A stretch of 54,272 bases of DNA, counting the filler, from Porpidia crustulata (Eukaryota), in the NCBI GenBank assembly GCA_964255105.1. It is 3 parts of 3 records of this genome, joined end to end, with 100 filler letters (N's around TTAATTAATTAA, not from the genome) between each part and the next. Parts side by side here need not be neighbours in the genome. Positions count along the whole stretch, not along the records: positions 1 to 18,058 come from CAXUWE010000195.1; positions 18,159 to 36,210 come from CAXUWE010000196.1; 1 more part is not named here. One strand, written 5' to 3'. The translations under genes were made by a program, and so were the position numbers. Of the stretch, positions 11,483 through 21,841 are shown in pieces. Under the pieces are notes generated by a model, which searched no databases, was not told the DNA's origin, and saw only the letters and a list, made by a program, of their open reading frames with translations. Every line of letters starts with the position of its first letter. The first letter of the stretch is position 1.

Positions 11483-12763
11483 ATGTTCAAATTCTTCCAA
11501 GTTCTTGTGCTTATGGTGCTTGCCCTTTCAGTGGCGTCTTTACCTCAACCCAAATCAGCTGTTGCCAAACGAAGCACTCCCAAACTCGTCTTTGCACATT
11601 ATATGCTCATAACCCGGCCTCCTAACGGCGATTACACCAATGATATCCAGCTTGCCAAAGCCGCGGGTATCGACGCATTTGCAATCAATTATGGAGGGTG
11701 GAATGTTGACTGGAACCAACAAGAAGGCTACCTCGCCAAATTCTACGCTGATGCCGAAGCCAATGGTTACTCAGTCTTTCTGTCCATTGATACCACAAGC
11801 GTCACAGATATTAATATGATTATTGGTCTCGTCAATCAATACGCAAACAGCCCTGCCCAACTCAAGATCAACGGCGAGATAATGCTGAGTACCTTTACCG
11901 GTGCGCCAGTCGCTTGGAATTGGACTACCGATGTCATCGATAAAATAGCCTCTCCTGTCCTCTTTATCCCGGGGAGTTGCGGCGAAGATCCTAGTACACT
12001 ATTCTCACCCACTGTTGGTGGAAAAGGGCCGTTTCCGTGGATTCACCCCGCCAATACATTTGAAGTGGAGCACGACCTCCTTGACGCCTACGCGGCGAAA
12101 CAACAATCCACTGGGAAAGTCTGGATTGCTAGTATCGCTCCTTGGTTTTTCAAGAGGTTTGGTACGGACACAAACTGGAGCCATGCCCAAGACGAAAACA
12201 TTTTCCTCAACCGATGGCTCCACCTACTTGACCTACAGCCAGACTATATAGAGATTGTTACATGGAACGACTATGGCGAAAGCACATACATTGGGCCCCT
12301 AGACACAGTTGATCAATTCTGCTACTGGGCAGATCTCGACCACAGCGCATTCTTAAAGATTACCACCAAATTCATCAAGCACTACAAAGCCGGCCAAGAT
12401 AGCTCCAGCCTCACCATTGATCCATCGGAGGAGGATGTCTTCTTTTTCTATCGCCTCCAGCCTGCCCTTACGTTGGGAACTACGGATACGCTGCCGCTTC
12501 CGTCAAACGCAAGCATGTTAAAGGATGACGTCTTCGTGGTAACAATGCTGGCTAGTCCAGCGCAGATCTCCATGCAGTCAGGAAACTCACCGCCAAACAC
12601 GTGGACCGCGCCTGCAGGTGTCAGTCGAGTCTGGCCTATTCCATGGCAGCTAGGTAATCAGACTCTCACAGCATCCAGAAATGGTAAAGTCTTCGTCAAC
12701 AAGACCGGGCCTGCTGTTGTATCTCAGCTCGATCGCTACAATGGCAATGTGGTCGCTTTGTAA
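11483..12763 (+). CDS. Secreted glycoside hydrolase family 71 (alpha-1,3-glucanase/mutanase), single exon
   Basis: Signal peptide, Kex2-like KR site, VFAHYM, AKAAGIDAFAIN and EIVTWNDYGESTYIGP, which are GH71 hallmarks. Confidence 0.92.
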   Translation: MFKFFQVLVLMVLALSVASLPQPKSAVAKRSTPKLVFAHYMLITRPPNGDYTNDIQLAKAAGIDAFAINYGGWNVDWNQQEGYLAKFYADAEANGYSVFLSIDTTSVTDINMIIGLVNQYANSPAQLKINGEIMLSTFTGAPVAWNWTTDVIDKIASPVLFIPGSCGEDPSTLFSPTVGGKGPFPWIHPANTFEVEHDLLDAYAAKQQSTGKVWIASIAPWFFKRFGTDTNWSHAQDENIFLNRWLHLLDLQPDYIEIVTWNDYGESTYIGPLDTVDQFCYWADLDHSAFLKITTKFIKHYKAGQDSSSLTIDPSEEDVFFFYRLQPALTLGTTDTLPLPSNASMLKDDVFVVTMLASPAQISMQSGNSPPNTWTAPAGVSRVWPIPWQLGNQTLTASRNGKVFVNKTGPAVVSQLDRYNGNVVAL

Positions 12764-13848
12764 GGAGGCATCTTCGGGATCTTCCATCTTTCGCTTCTCA
12801 GCGCTAGTCGCACTTTTCGGTTTTAAGAGGGAGATTGATGTGTATTGGGATACATAGTTTATTTAACTTGTAAAATGAACTTAGATGAACTACCGAAACA
12901 GAAGCCTACTCTATGATTGCATCCAGAGATTGTTGATCCCCGAATCTCCTTTTCCCCGTTGGCTACAAAATGAGTGCCGTGCATGAGTTCGACATCCGAC
13001 CATCTAATTACTTGGTTTACAGTGACTCCGGATGAACTTATCCCCCATGCATCAACATCGAATGGGAAAGCAAAAGGATAGCTGAAACGAACAAGCGTGT
13101 ATCACGCAAAGTTATCCAAATACAACACGCGTTCTTTAATTCTCACTCTCATTTTCCTCGTTCATGAATCCATACCTAGCTCACCACATTGTCTCTCCTT
13201 GAACTTCAGATCCCCAATAGCAACGAGGATAAACAGTCATGACCTGCTGCGCTCCCTACCTACCTACTGTCTATTACCGTATCGACCGTTGGGTACTTTA
13301 ATTTTGAGACACAACCTAAGATTTTAAATGTCGCGGAAGCTATACTTGTACAAGCCAGGAGTCGCGTCGTTTTGGTCCCCTCACATACTGATCAGACTTT
13401 ACAACCACGATCTGCCTTCGTAAGAAGGCAAGATTCTTTCCCTGTAGCGGCCAGTTGCTGTGTACTGCTTTTGCGATTGGCGTACTGTAATTCTAGCTGA
13501 AAACCTCAATGGAGGAGACATGCTGGACGACGTCTGACTGGACTTAGATGCAGAACAGACTATCTTTTAGCCTGTATCGCTTTGGAACAAGGATGGTAAA
13601 GAGGCATGTAAAAACACAGTGTAGACCACACTTCTACCAATGCCATAATTTGATACTGAGACCATAGATACCCGTAAACAATCCACCTTTCTATACCACA
13701 ACTCCTATCACAAATTCAGGCTGAAAGTTGAACTATCTACGTCCTTCCGCCTTTTGCGATCAGGAGGTGGCGCAGCTGCTGAGGATGCTGTTCCGACATG
13801 CTGAGCAACTTCTAACCTTCTTGACGTTTCAGTGACAATAATAGACTT

Positions 13849-13880
13849 TTCTGCATGTGTTTGCTTCTGCATGCGTTTGC
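13849..13880. repeat. 16-bp tandem duplication (2 copies, 1 mismatch)
   Basis: TTCTGCATGTGTTTGC / TTCTGCATGCGTTTGC. Confidence 0.8.
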
Positions 13881-14340
13881 TTTCGTTTTGTTCCCTCAGT
13901 CATCAGTACCGGAGGATTCGTTGGGGTCTGAACACGTAGTGAGGCTTGTCTAAACAAGATGTGGTCCTCACGGTCCAATAGGAAATGCTTAGCGAAATCC
14001 TGCTGTGACGACAGAGGTCTTTCTCCAAATAACGCCAACGGGGCGCAACCTCATACGCGCACAAATGTCTTACCCTGATCCTCTGGGAATTCCAGTCATA
14101 TTTTCTGCTTCCTGTCGGAAGTCACTGTCCCTCCCATCGCTTGACACCCGCCTTCGTAAGTATTCCTGGAATGTTTGGAATAGAGTGAATTCGCCTGACT
14201 AAACGATCGATTTCGACGGCTACAACAATACTCTTGGAAAGTAAGCCTGCTTCGCGATCGTCCCATCTTGTATCATGCCAAGGAGAGCAGACCTTTCCAC
14301 CTAATCTTCTGGATATCAGAACTATGTAAGGATTGCCATC

Positions 14341-17300
14341 ATGCCAGGCCTTGGTAATGGAGATCCTCACCTCGAACGCTCTACTTCTCAAATCTCGACC
14401 GCGTCACGCAGAGCTGGCACCGCGCGCTCAAGTTCACGGAAGCAGTCTTTAGTGACGCCTAATTCCGCCAAATCGCTCGTGTCGTTCCCTTCCTTGTCAC
14501 CAGGGGATTTATCACCAGATAACTCCCCTAGCACGACAACAGGCCATGGCAAGTCTAACTTCCTCACCGCGCTTCCCTCGCCCATGTCTCGGAAATCTTC
14601 GACAAAGAAGCCCTCAACTGTTGAATCTCTGATAACAGCTACATCGTCCTTTCGAGGTCGCTCGGCGCTTTTTGATGACTCACCGAAATCTAGCTTGAAC
14701 AATGTTCCCGGGGCCCTACACCTTACTAGTGACGAGCATATCCAACATCTGATTGCCAAGCAAGGTGCAACAACTTTGATCAGACAGCTTGCAGAAGATT
14801 TGGCAACTCGGGATCTGGAAATCACATCTCTGAGGCGCAAAGCGGAGGAGAGGGAAAGGGAACTGAAAAAGATGTTAAGGGAGGTGGAAGTCTCCAATCT
14901 AGATATTGAAACTAGAATGCATCGCATTGGGAATCTTTCCGAAAGACCTCAAGCAACAACGTTGCAGGCTCAAACTACGAAGCAACATACCAAGGTCGGG
15001 GACGGAAGGGAAAGAATCAACGACATCACTGCTGGGATTGATGAGATGATGGGAGAAGCGATGAAAGGTGATGTGGCAACCACACCTGAGCTTGACGAGA
15101 ATTACATCGATTCGCTACACGAACACAATAAGCGGGCAACTATTCGTGGTGCGGGGCCTATTGCAAAGGATTCTGATCAACGATCGTTGGACTCGAGCAT
15201 AGATTCCCAGGGTCGGCCAAGCAGCACTGTAAGGGGATGGAGGGATTACCTATGGGGTGGATATACGTCAAGCCGTAAATCAAGCCGAGCCAGTAGCATT
15301 ATCACTGACTATGATGACGATGCCGATGCTACAGCACGTGTTCGAGCCCTCAGCGGAGTGAGTGGGCGTCGAAAGGGATTAGATGAGCAGCTATTTCTAC
15401 CGCCTCATCAATCACCCCAGTCGTCAAATACAAATAGTCGCTCACGCAAGTCTTCAACGTCTGTGTCTTCTTGGACCATGAAACTGTTTGCAGGAAATCC
15501 TCAGGCTGGTCGTGACCCGGACTCCCAGCAGACGGTAAGAGGAAGATCAGTGACTACTGGTAGTGGAGGTTCAAAGAACCCTAGGGTCCCATCCAGTACA
15601 TCAATGAAAACCGAGAGCTCTGCAAAAGCGGCTTTGATGAAGGTCAATGGCGCAGGACCTACCCAGACAATCAAGAAGAAGCCTCTCGGCTTAGGCTTGA
15701 ATGGAGCGATGAGGAGTGTGACACAGTCTTCGAACTCTCAGATACCGACAAGTCCCAAATCCGTGGATACAGCAAGCAATCTTGGTCCCGTTGAAATGGA
15801 TACGATCCTGCCAGCTGATTCGAGGCCTCCAACGCAGACGCTCACTAACCACAACAATCACAATCCAGGCGAGTACCTCACTGATAGATTTGGTTTCATT
15901 TATGATCAAAGACGTCGGAAAAGAGAGGCTGAAACCCTGACGAGCATCACAAATCAAGATGAACGTAGCAATGGCGTTGAAACGCTCACCGGTTCGCGGG
16001 ACGCTGTCAAACCAAAGGACGTTGATGGGAGTAATGGCGCGAAAACGGCGCTTTTGCAACGGCCAGATACACCAGCTTCCACAGAAGAGAAGGCCACCGA
16101 GAGGCAAATGAAGCGATGGCACGATTACCTCAAGGTGGCTACGTTTCCGACCGAACTGTTATCACACACACCTGCTGCAAGTCCCACAATGACAGTAGAT
16201 ACTCCTGACATTGTCGCTCGGTCCCCAATCGCTGGATCTGCCAAGACCTCTCTTCCATCAACTAGCCTCAATCCGCAACCATCGGCTTCGCCAGTCACAG
16301 CAAGCAATGCTGAGATCTCGAAACCTGCAGTAAATGTCTCTGCCAACTTGTCAATGTCTGCAGCCGACAACGAGCCTGTGAAAATACTTCTAGCACAGCT
16401 CACTGAACTGCATGACTCTCTCCAACGTGAACGTACAGTGAAATGGAACGAACTATTACGCAAAGTCCGTGCCGAACGGAAAAAGGAAGGCGAAACGGCA
16501 GCGTCTACAGCGTCCAGTTCTACCCAATTGTCCATGCCCGAGGTCGCTCTGGCCGATGGCGAGATGATTGGCGTTGCTGGTCTGGGCAACAAAGGTAAAG
16601 TCGGCCAAGCCAAATGGAAGGAATTCAAGCAGCTAGTCCTGGCTGGCATTCCCGTTGCTTATCGCGCCAAAATCTGGGCGGAGTGCAGTGGTGCGAATGC
16701 ATTGCGTGTGCCGGGATACTATGATGACCTGGTCGCGAATGGCGAAGACGATCCCGTCATTGTTGCCCAGATCCAGATGGACATCTACCGTACTCTCACC
16801 GATAATGTCTTTTTTCGCAAAGGTCCTGGAGTTGTCAAACTCAACGAGGTTCTCCTCGCCTATTCGCGCCGCAATCCTGAAGTTGGATACTGCCAGGGCA
16901 TGAACCTTATCACCGCATCGCTACTCTTAATCATGCCCACAGCCGAAGACGCTTTTTGGGTTCTCACCAGCATCGTAGAAAACATCCTGCCTCGTCACTA
17001 CTATGATCACTCCCTCCTCGCTTCCCGTGCCGACCAGCAAGTCCTCCGCCAATACGTCGCCGAAATCCTGCCCAAACTCTCGGCTCACCTTGACGCCCTC
17101 GGCATCGAACTCGAAGCCCTCACCTTTCAATGGTTCCTTAGCATCTTCACCGACTGCCTGTCCGCCGAAGCCCTCTTCCGCGTCTGGGACGTCGTGCTGT
17201 GCTTTAACGACGGCTCGACTTTCCTCTTCCAAGTCGCACTTGCGCTGTTGAAGCTGAACGAGAGCAAGCTCCTGAGCGAGCAGACGGCCGCGGGCGTGTA

Positions 17301-17502
17301 CGGCTACATCGGCCATGAGATGACGGACCACGCCATCAGCATCGACGGCCTGGTCAGAGCGAGCGAGGCACTGGGGAAAGTCGTCCGCCGGGCGGAGGTT
17401 GAGGAACGCAGGGCTCGAGTCGTGGAGGAGATGCAGGCGCAGCAGAGCGGGAGGGGAAACGGGGAGTTGAATGTGGTGGAGCCGAGGGCGGTAGATGAGT
17501 AG
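14341..17502 (+). CDS. TBC-domain Rab GTPase-activating protein (1053 aa, single exon)
   Basis: GIPVAYRAKIW, QIQMDIYRT (IxxDxxR arginine finger), GYCQGMN (glutamine finger) and QWFLSIF...RVWD. N-terminal coiled coil and Ser-rich disordered region. Confidence 0.93.
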   Translation: MPGLGNGDPHLERSTSQISTASRRAGTARSSSRKQSLVTPNSAKSLVSFPSLSPGDLSPDNSPSTTTGHGKSNFLTALPSPMSRKSSTKKPSTVESLITATSSFRGRSALFDDSPKSSLNNVPGALHLTSDEHIQHLIAKQGATTLIRQLAEDLATRDLEITSLRRKAEERERELKKMLREVEVSNLDIETRMHRIGNLSERPQATTLQAQTTKQHTKVGDGRERINDITAGIDEMMGEAMKGDVATTPELDENYIDSLHEHNKRATIRGAGPIAKDSDQRSLDSSIDSQGRPSSTVRGWRDYLWGGYTSSRKSSRASSIITDYDDDADATARVRALSGVSGRRKGLDEQLFLPPHQSPQSSNTNSRSRKSSTSVSSWTMKLFAGNPQAGRDPDSQQTVRGRSVTTGSGGSKNPRVPSSTSMKTESSAKAALMKVNGAGPTQTIKKKPLGLGLNGAMRSVTQSSNSQIPTSPKSVDTASNLGPVEMDTILPADSRPPTQTLTNHNNHNPGEYLTDRFGFIYDQRRRKREAETLTSITNQDERSNGVETLTGSRDAVKPKDVDGSNGAKTALLQRPDTPASTEEKATERQMKRWHDYLKVATFPTELLSHTPAASPTMTVDTPDIVARSPIAGSAKTSLPSTSLNPQPSASPVTASNAEISKPAVNVSANLSMSAADNEPVKILLAQLTELHDSLQRERTVKWNELLRKVRAERKKEGETAASTASSSTQLSMPEVALADGEMIGVAGLGNKGKVGQAKWKEFKQLVLAGIPVAYRAKIWAECSGANALRVPGYYDDLVANGEDDPVIVAQIQMDIYRTLTDNVFFRKGPGVVKLNEVLLAYSRRNPEVGYCQGMNLITASLLLIMPTAEDAFWVLTSIVENILPRHYYDHSLLASRADQQVLRQYVAEILPKLSAHLDALGIELEALTFQWFLSIFTDCLSAEALFRVWDVVLCFNDGSTFLFQVALALLKLNESKLLSEQTAAGVYGYIGHEMTDHAISIDGLVRASEALGKVVRRAEVEERRARVVEEMQAQQSGRGNGELNVVEPRAVDE

Positions 17503-18058
17503 GGAATGGCAATGTGCTTCCAAAAGGGAAGGCCTCGGATTATCAAAAGGCGTCAGAATGATACCCCCGTTTGTCTTTGCAGAATGAGATTTAGATATTT
17601 CGAACGCTATTACGTGCCTACATGATTGATGTATGAAAAATGCAAACCGCCGATGAAACTAACGCGTCCATTTCTTTTTTTTTTCCTATGTAATCTTCTC
17701 CGGACTGTCATGTCTGGCCGGTCACGGGTCGTGTTTTATGAAGAGGGAGGAGAGGAGAAAGATTGAAATAGAAAGTCAAAATCCCAAATCCCCCAAACTC
17801 TCTCATCCCATCCCCCAACCCTCTCTTAATCCCTTTCTGATCTTCGTCCTCAACATCTTTCATTTATTCGTCGATTATCTATCTACATGTACCAAGAAAT
17901 ATCAATGACCGGAAAATCAGTGTGAGATATCTTTGGAGGATGAAACGCTCAGGACTGCAGCCCTATCGTCACTAGAGACGAACCTCGGCTCCCCACACTC
18001 CGCTCTCCGCAGTTCATTCGTTTCTTCATGTAAAAAGCCAACTTCATGTCAAATCAAC

Positions 18059-18158
18059 NNNNNNNNNNNNNNNNNNNNNNNNNNNNNNNNNNNNNNNNNN
18101 NNTTAATTAATTAANNNNNNNNNNNNNNNNNNNNNNNNNNNNNNNNNNNNNNNNNNNN
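18059..18158. other. Assembly gap with synthetic six-frame-stop spacer
   Basis: 44 N + TTAATTAATTAA (18103-18114) + 44 N, identical to the second gap. Confidence 0.97.
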
Positions 18159-18205
18159 GTGGGTGGAGGATGGGATTCACAGGGGAGGGCGGAAGGGAGG
18201 AGCAT
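18159..18205 (-). CDS. Possible start of an unidentified gene truncated by the gap
   Basis: CACCACCATG context reads MLLPSALPCESHPPP into the gap, preceded by a C/A-rich 5'-UTR-like tract. UTR-like sequence lies on the other side of the gap. Confidence 0.4.
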
Positions 18206-19255
18206 GGTGGTGTGTGGTGGTTGGTGGGTGCGATGCGTGGGTGCTGCGAGTTGCTGTGTTTGTTGCTTTTGTTGGGGATGGATGCTGGGAATGCGCCGGA
18301 GGGCGATGGAGATGCGACGGTCGTGATTCGGTGCTTGAATAGGAATATTGTTGATCGCCGCGATTGTGCGATTCGAATGATGGTGGTTGAGGTAGAATCG
18401 AGACGCGATGGTTGTGGTTGTTATGTTGAGCAAGAAGATGTTGGAGGTATGATGAGTCTTTCGCAAACCAGAAAAGGGAAAAAGGGTTTGCGCTGGGTGA
18501 GGGTCTTAGTTAGATAGCAGCGGCCGTGCATTCCCGGCTCACGTGGTAGCCTTAGCGTTGGCTTTCCCCTGGCTCTCCCAGGCTCCCCCCATCAACTCGC
18601 CGGATTCAACCCAACTGGCTTCGTTCCGGGCACACTCGGTGGCTTGGTCTAAATGCCTAGTCAGGTCCGATGAGGTGGAAATGTCCTTCTTGAGAGCATC
18701 AGGAGACCGTCACAGATCCTAATCATCCCGGTATGGCGTTACGGATCAGAAGATCAAGCCTCGTAGCATATGAAACCATTATCATCGGGTGTTTGTCATG
18801 CGATGGGCTTCTTAGGTTCCCCTATTCCCTAGGCCTTAGGAGATTAATGTAAGAATCATCGTTGTGACAGTCTTGTGTTGAGTCTCTCATGAAGCTTCCT
18901 TGCGTTCATCACCGACTCGATGGTCGAAATCTAATCCCGCAGTCCTTCCTCCTTCAGTGGGGGCCTGCTGTCTCACCGCGGACGTCCTAAGCTATCATTA
19001 GACCTTCCCACCGCCAATTGCCCCATCCTCTCTGTAGCATTTGTTTGGTAGGCTTCAACGCGCTCCGAAGGCTCTCCATGAGGCGGCGCTAAGGCTTTTC
19101 TGTGAAAGTCGACGTTGTCACAGAGGTCGGGATGTTTTCTTCTAGTTGTATACTGTCTTCTGCTAAATCTATAGATCCTCGATAATCCACTCTTATCCAC
19201 TTAATTTGAGAATTTTCCAAGCAGGCGTGGTCATCGACGATCTGTTGTGGAAAGA

Positions 19256-19285
19256 ACGCGTCTTTTCGCGTTTTCTTTTTCGCGT
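19256..19285. promoter_or_regulatory. Cluster of MCB/SCB-like CGCG elements
   Basis: ACGCGT at 19256-19261, and TTTTCGCGT (= ACGCGAAAA) at 19263-19271 and 19277-19285. Confidence 0.45.
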
Positions 19286-19527
19286 CGAGATTTAATCAGA
19301 GGCATTGTGATTGCTTTCATATCAACGAAAATATCTAATACGTTACATATGGCTTCAATATGTACTTGTTCTACGCATACTAACGCTCATGGATGGAACA
19401 TCGCAGGAGACCCCTATTAAACGCTATCTAGTAACCTACTCAAATGATCTGCAGTGCCACAAACATCCTGCTCACCTTACGCGAGTGGCCGGCGATATTC
19501 GAAGTACATTGTGAGCGAAGGCGTCAT

Positions 19528-20901
19528 CTAGTATGGCATGGTTGAAGCGGTTATTTTGCTTGTCGTGACCATCGTGGAAGTGATCGTAGTAATCGTAGTC
19601 ATAGTGATCATAGTAGTCATTGTCGGACTTATCGTCACACCAATAAACCCGATATTCCGATTACTCGAGGCCGTTGCTGAAGTTGAGCTCTTCCCACCCA
19701 TCGCGGTGCTCGAGGATGTTTTCAATAAGCTCGAGCTCATGCCACCCATTGTGGCACTCCCAGAAGCCGTTGGAATCATAGTTCCCCCCATTCCCCAAAA
19801 CCCCCCATCGGTATTCACCGGTCTGCCCACAAACGCCGGCGGATCCTCAAGGGTATGGTTTCCCGGCAAGCTGCCGATGAACCCCAGCACATCCTCCGCC
19901 GTCGGCTTCCTCGGCGGACAAACCAGATCCGTCAACGGCGTATGCGACGCTATGAAAGCATCGCAACCCGCGACCTCGCCATCCACCGTGTTTGCGCACG
20001 TCTTGACCGCGTCCTTCAGAACCGACGCGTCCCATCCGTTATAAAAATCGCCGTGAAAGCCGAAGCCGGTTGTATCGCCTTGGCTAAAGACGAACTTGCC
20101 GCCGGCGGATTGGTGGATTTGCTCGACGCCGTACAAGACCTCGAAGAAGAGATGCACAAAGGGCACCGGATGGCCAGGCGGACAGTCCCCGTTATCGATG
20201 TCGCTGAGGTATGCCACGTGCGACTGGTCCGGGCTCGTTAGGTGTTCGCCATCCCAGCAGGACGGGAAGTGGACCTGGACGCGCAGGCCGTTGGCGCAGC
20301 TTATTTGGGCAATGTACGGGGTTTCTTTCTGTGGATCCTTATCGAGGCAGGCAAAGCTGACGCGGTCGGCAACGGGCCGACCGGAGCTCTTGCCGTCGGC
20401 GCCAAGGAGCATCGTGGTGCTGTCATAGGAGCGGGCGGATATGTTACCGGACATCATGGAGAGGCCTGGAGGAAATGGTTGGATGTTGGTGCGATTGGTG
20501 CCACGGCCAAGATAGTAGACTGTCATACCGTTGGCGGGGACCTCTTGGAAGGTTTTGTTCGGGTGTTGGTAATAGAGCAAAGGAGTCCAATAGGCGGATT
20601 TGTCGGCTTGAATCTCGCAGGAGGAGCAATGTGCCTCTTGGAGGCTGCTGTAGGTGGAGTTGGGGCTGATATCTGGAGTGCGGAGTTAGTCATGCTTAAG
20701 GGAGGTTCGAAGGATGAGGAAGCAATAGTGCTTACTTGAAGCGCCAGCGATCTTATGGACATGATCGCCTGTCTCGCCAGGATAGGATATAGGGTCAATG
20801 CGGCCCGTTTGGATGGTGGTGCAGGACATTCGCCAGAATGCGCTGGAGAAACTCATCAAGGTGCCAAGAACCACCAGGGTGGTTGATCCTTTGAGCTTCA
20901 T
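19528..20901 (-). CDS. Secreted DUF1996-domain protein with a Ser/Thr-rich tail (~436 aa, 2 exons)
   Basis: Signal peptide, FWRMSC..GRIDPI..PG...HVH, DKSAYWTP, FPSCWDG and GFGFHGDFYNGWD. Intron 20673-20735. Confidence 0.92.
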
Positions 20902-21841
20902 GGAGTGAAACGAAGGATATCAATCAATGATATCAAGGAGAGTATTTCCAACAGAAGAAAATAACAATGAAAGAAAAAATGCTCTGGCCGAATCTTGAAG
21001 ATGTTGTTCAAATAGGAAGTGGAGAATGCAGCTGTTGAACAGTGCTGTTAATAATGTGCTTCAAAAGGAATATTAAGGAGTTGAGTAATAACAAAGAGAT
21101 ACTTTTGAGATTTTAGCATCGCGTTCACCGAAAGATTTATATCATCAAATTCTTGAATAGTGGGCATGGCTGATAAAGTAGCCATGGTGAATGGCATGGT
21201 CACCAGGATACAATGGGCAATCAGTCATCGACCTATGTTTCATGTGAATCATTCCTCAGTAGAGAGTGCCCTTCTGTCTCCAGGTGCTTACATGACTCTG
21301 TTGGGATCAAACTTGAAACTATCAATCGTGGGTAGTCTAAATGGAATATAGCAAACCCTTCAGGACAGTAAATATCGTGGCAATTTTGTCAATAAGCGCG
21401 ATCAAGAAAATCTTATGCAAGTGACATAGCGCGCGAAGGTGAAACATGGATGAATGAAAGCGAAGAATAGCGTGGTTCAGTGTCTGATATGTGAATATAT
21501 TTGCAAGACGGCATCCTAAGGAAATTATGAAAACTTCTTTTCCATTGACAAGCCCTGCACTCGAATGTAGTCTCCAGTTGGGAAATAGGTAAAACTCAAT
21601 GCGCGCTCGGGGTGTTCTCTGATCGGCGCTATTGGTAATAACCTCTGCCTAATGATGTTCTATCTGAGGAAGGAACGTAACATGACAAAATTAAAGAGTA
21701 AATGCAGAGCATAAACGACATCACCCAAAGATCTGCTCCGTAGAATCTCTTTCAGATGCAGCCCGCAGAATAATGGCAACTGAGCTTGGGACGGTGCAAG
21801 GGCAAAAGCTAGGAATTGACATGAGCAGACCAAGTATCACC

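Noticed and set aside
14388..17546. Long antisense ORFs over the TBC gene (also over ZPR1, DUF1996, AP-2 mu and NIPA)
   Set aside because: Shadow ORFs expected from codon bias on the opposite strand of real genes.
18103..18114. Palindromic TTAATTAATTAA, repeated at 36255-36266
   Set aside because: Centred in identical 44-N flanks; a scaffolding spacer, not a biological repeat or target-site duplication.
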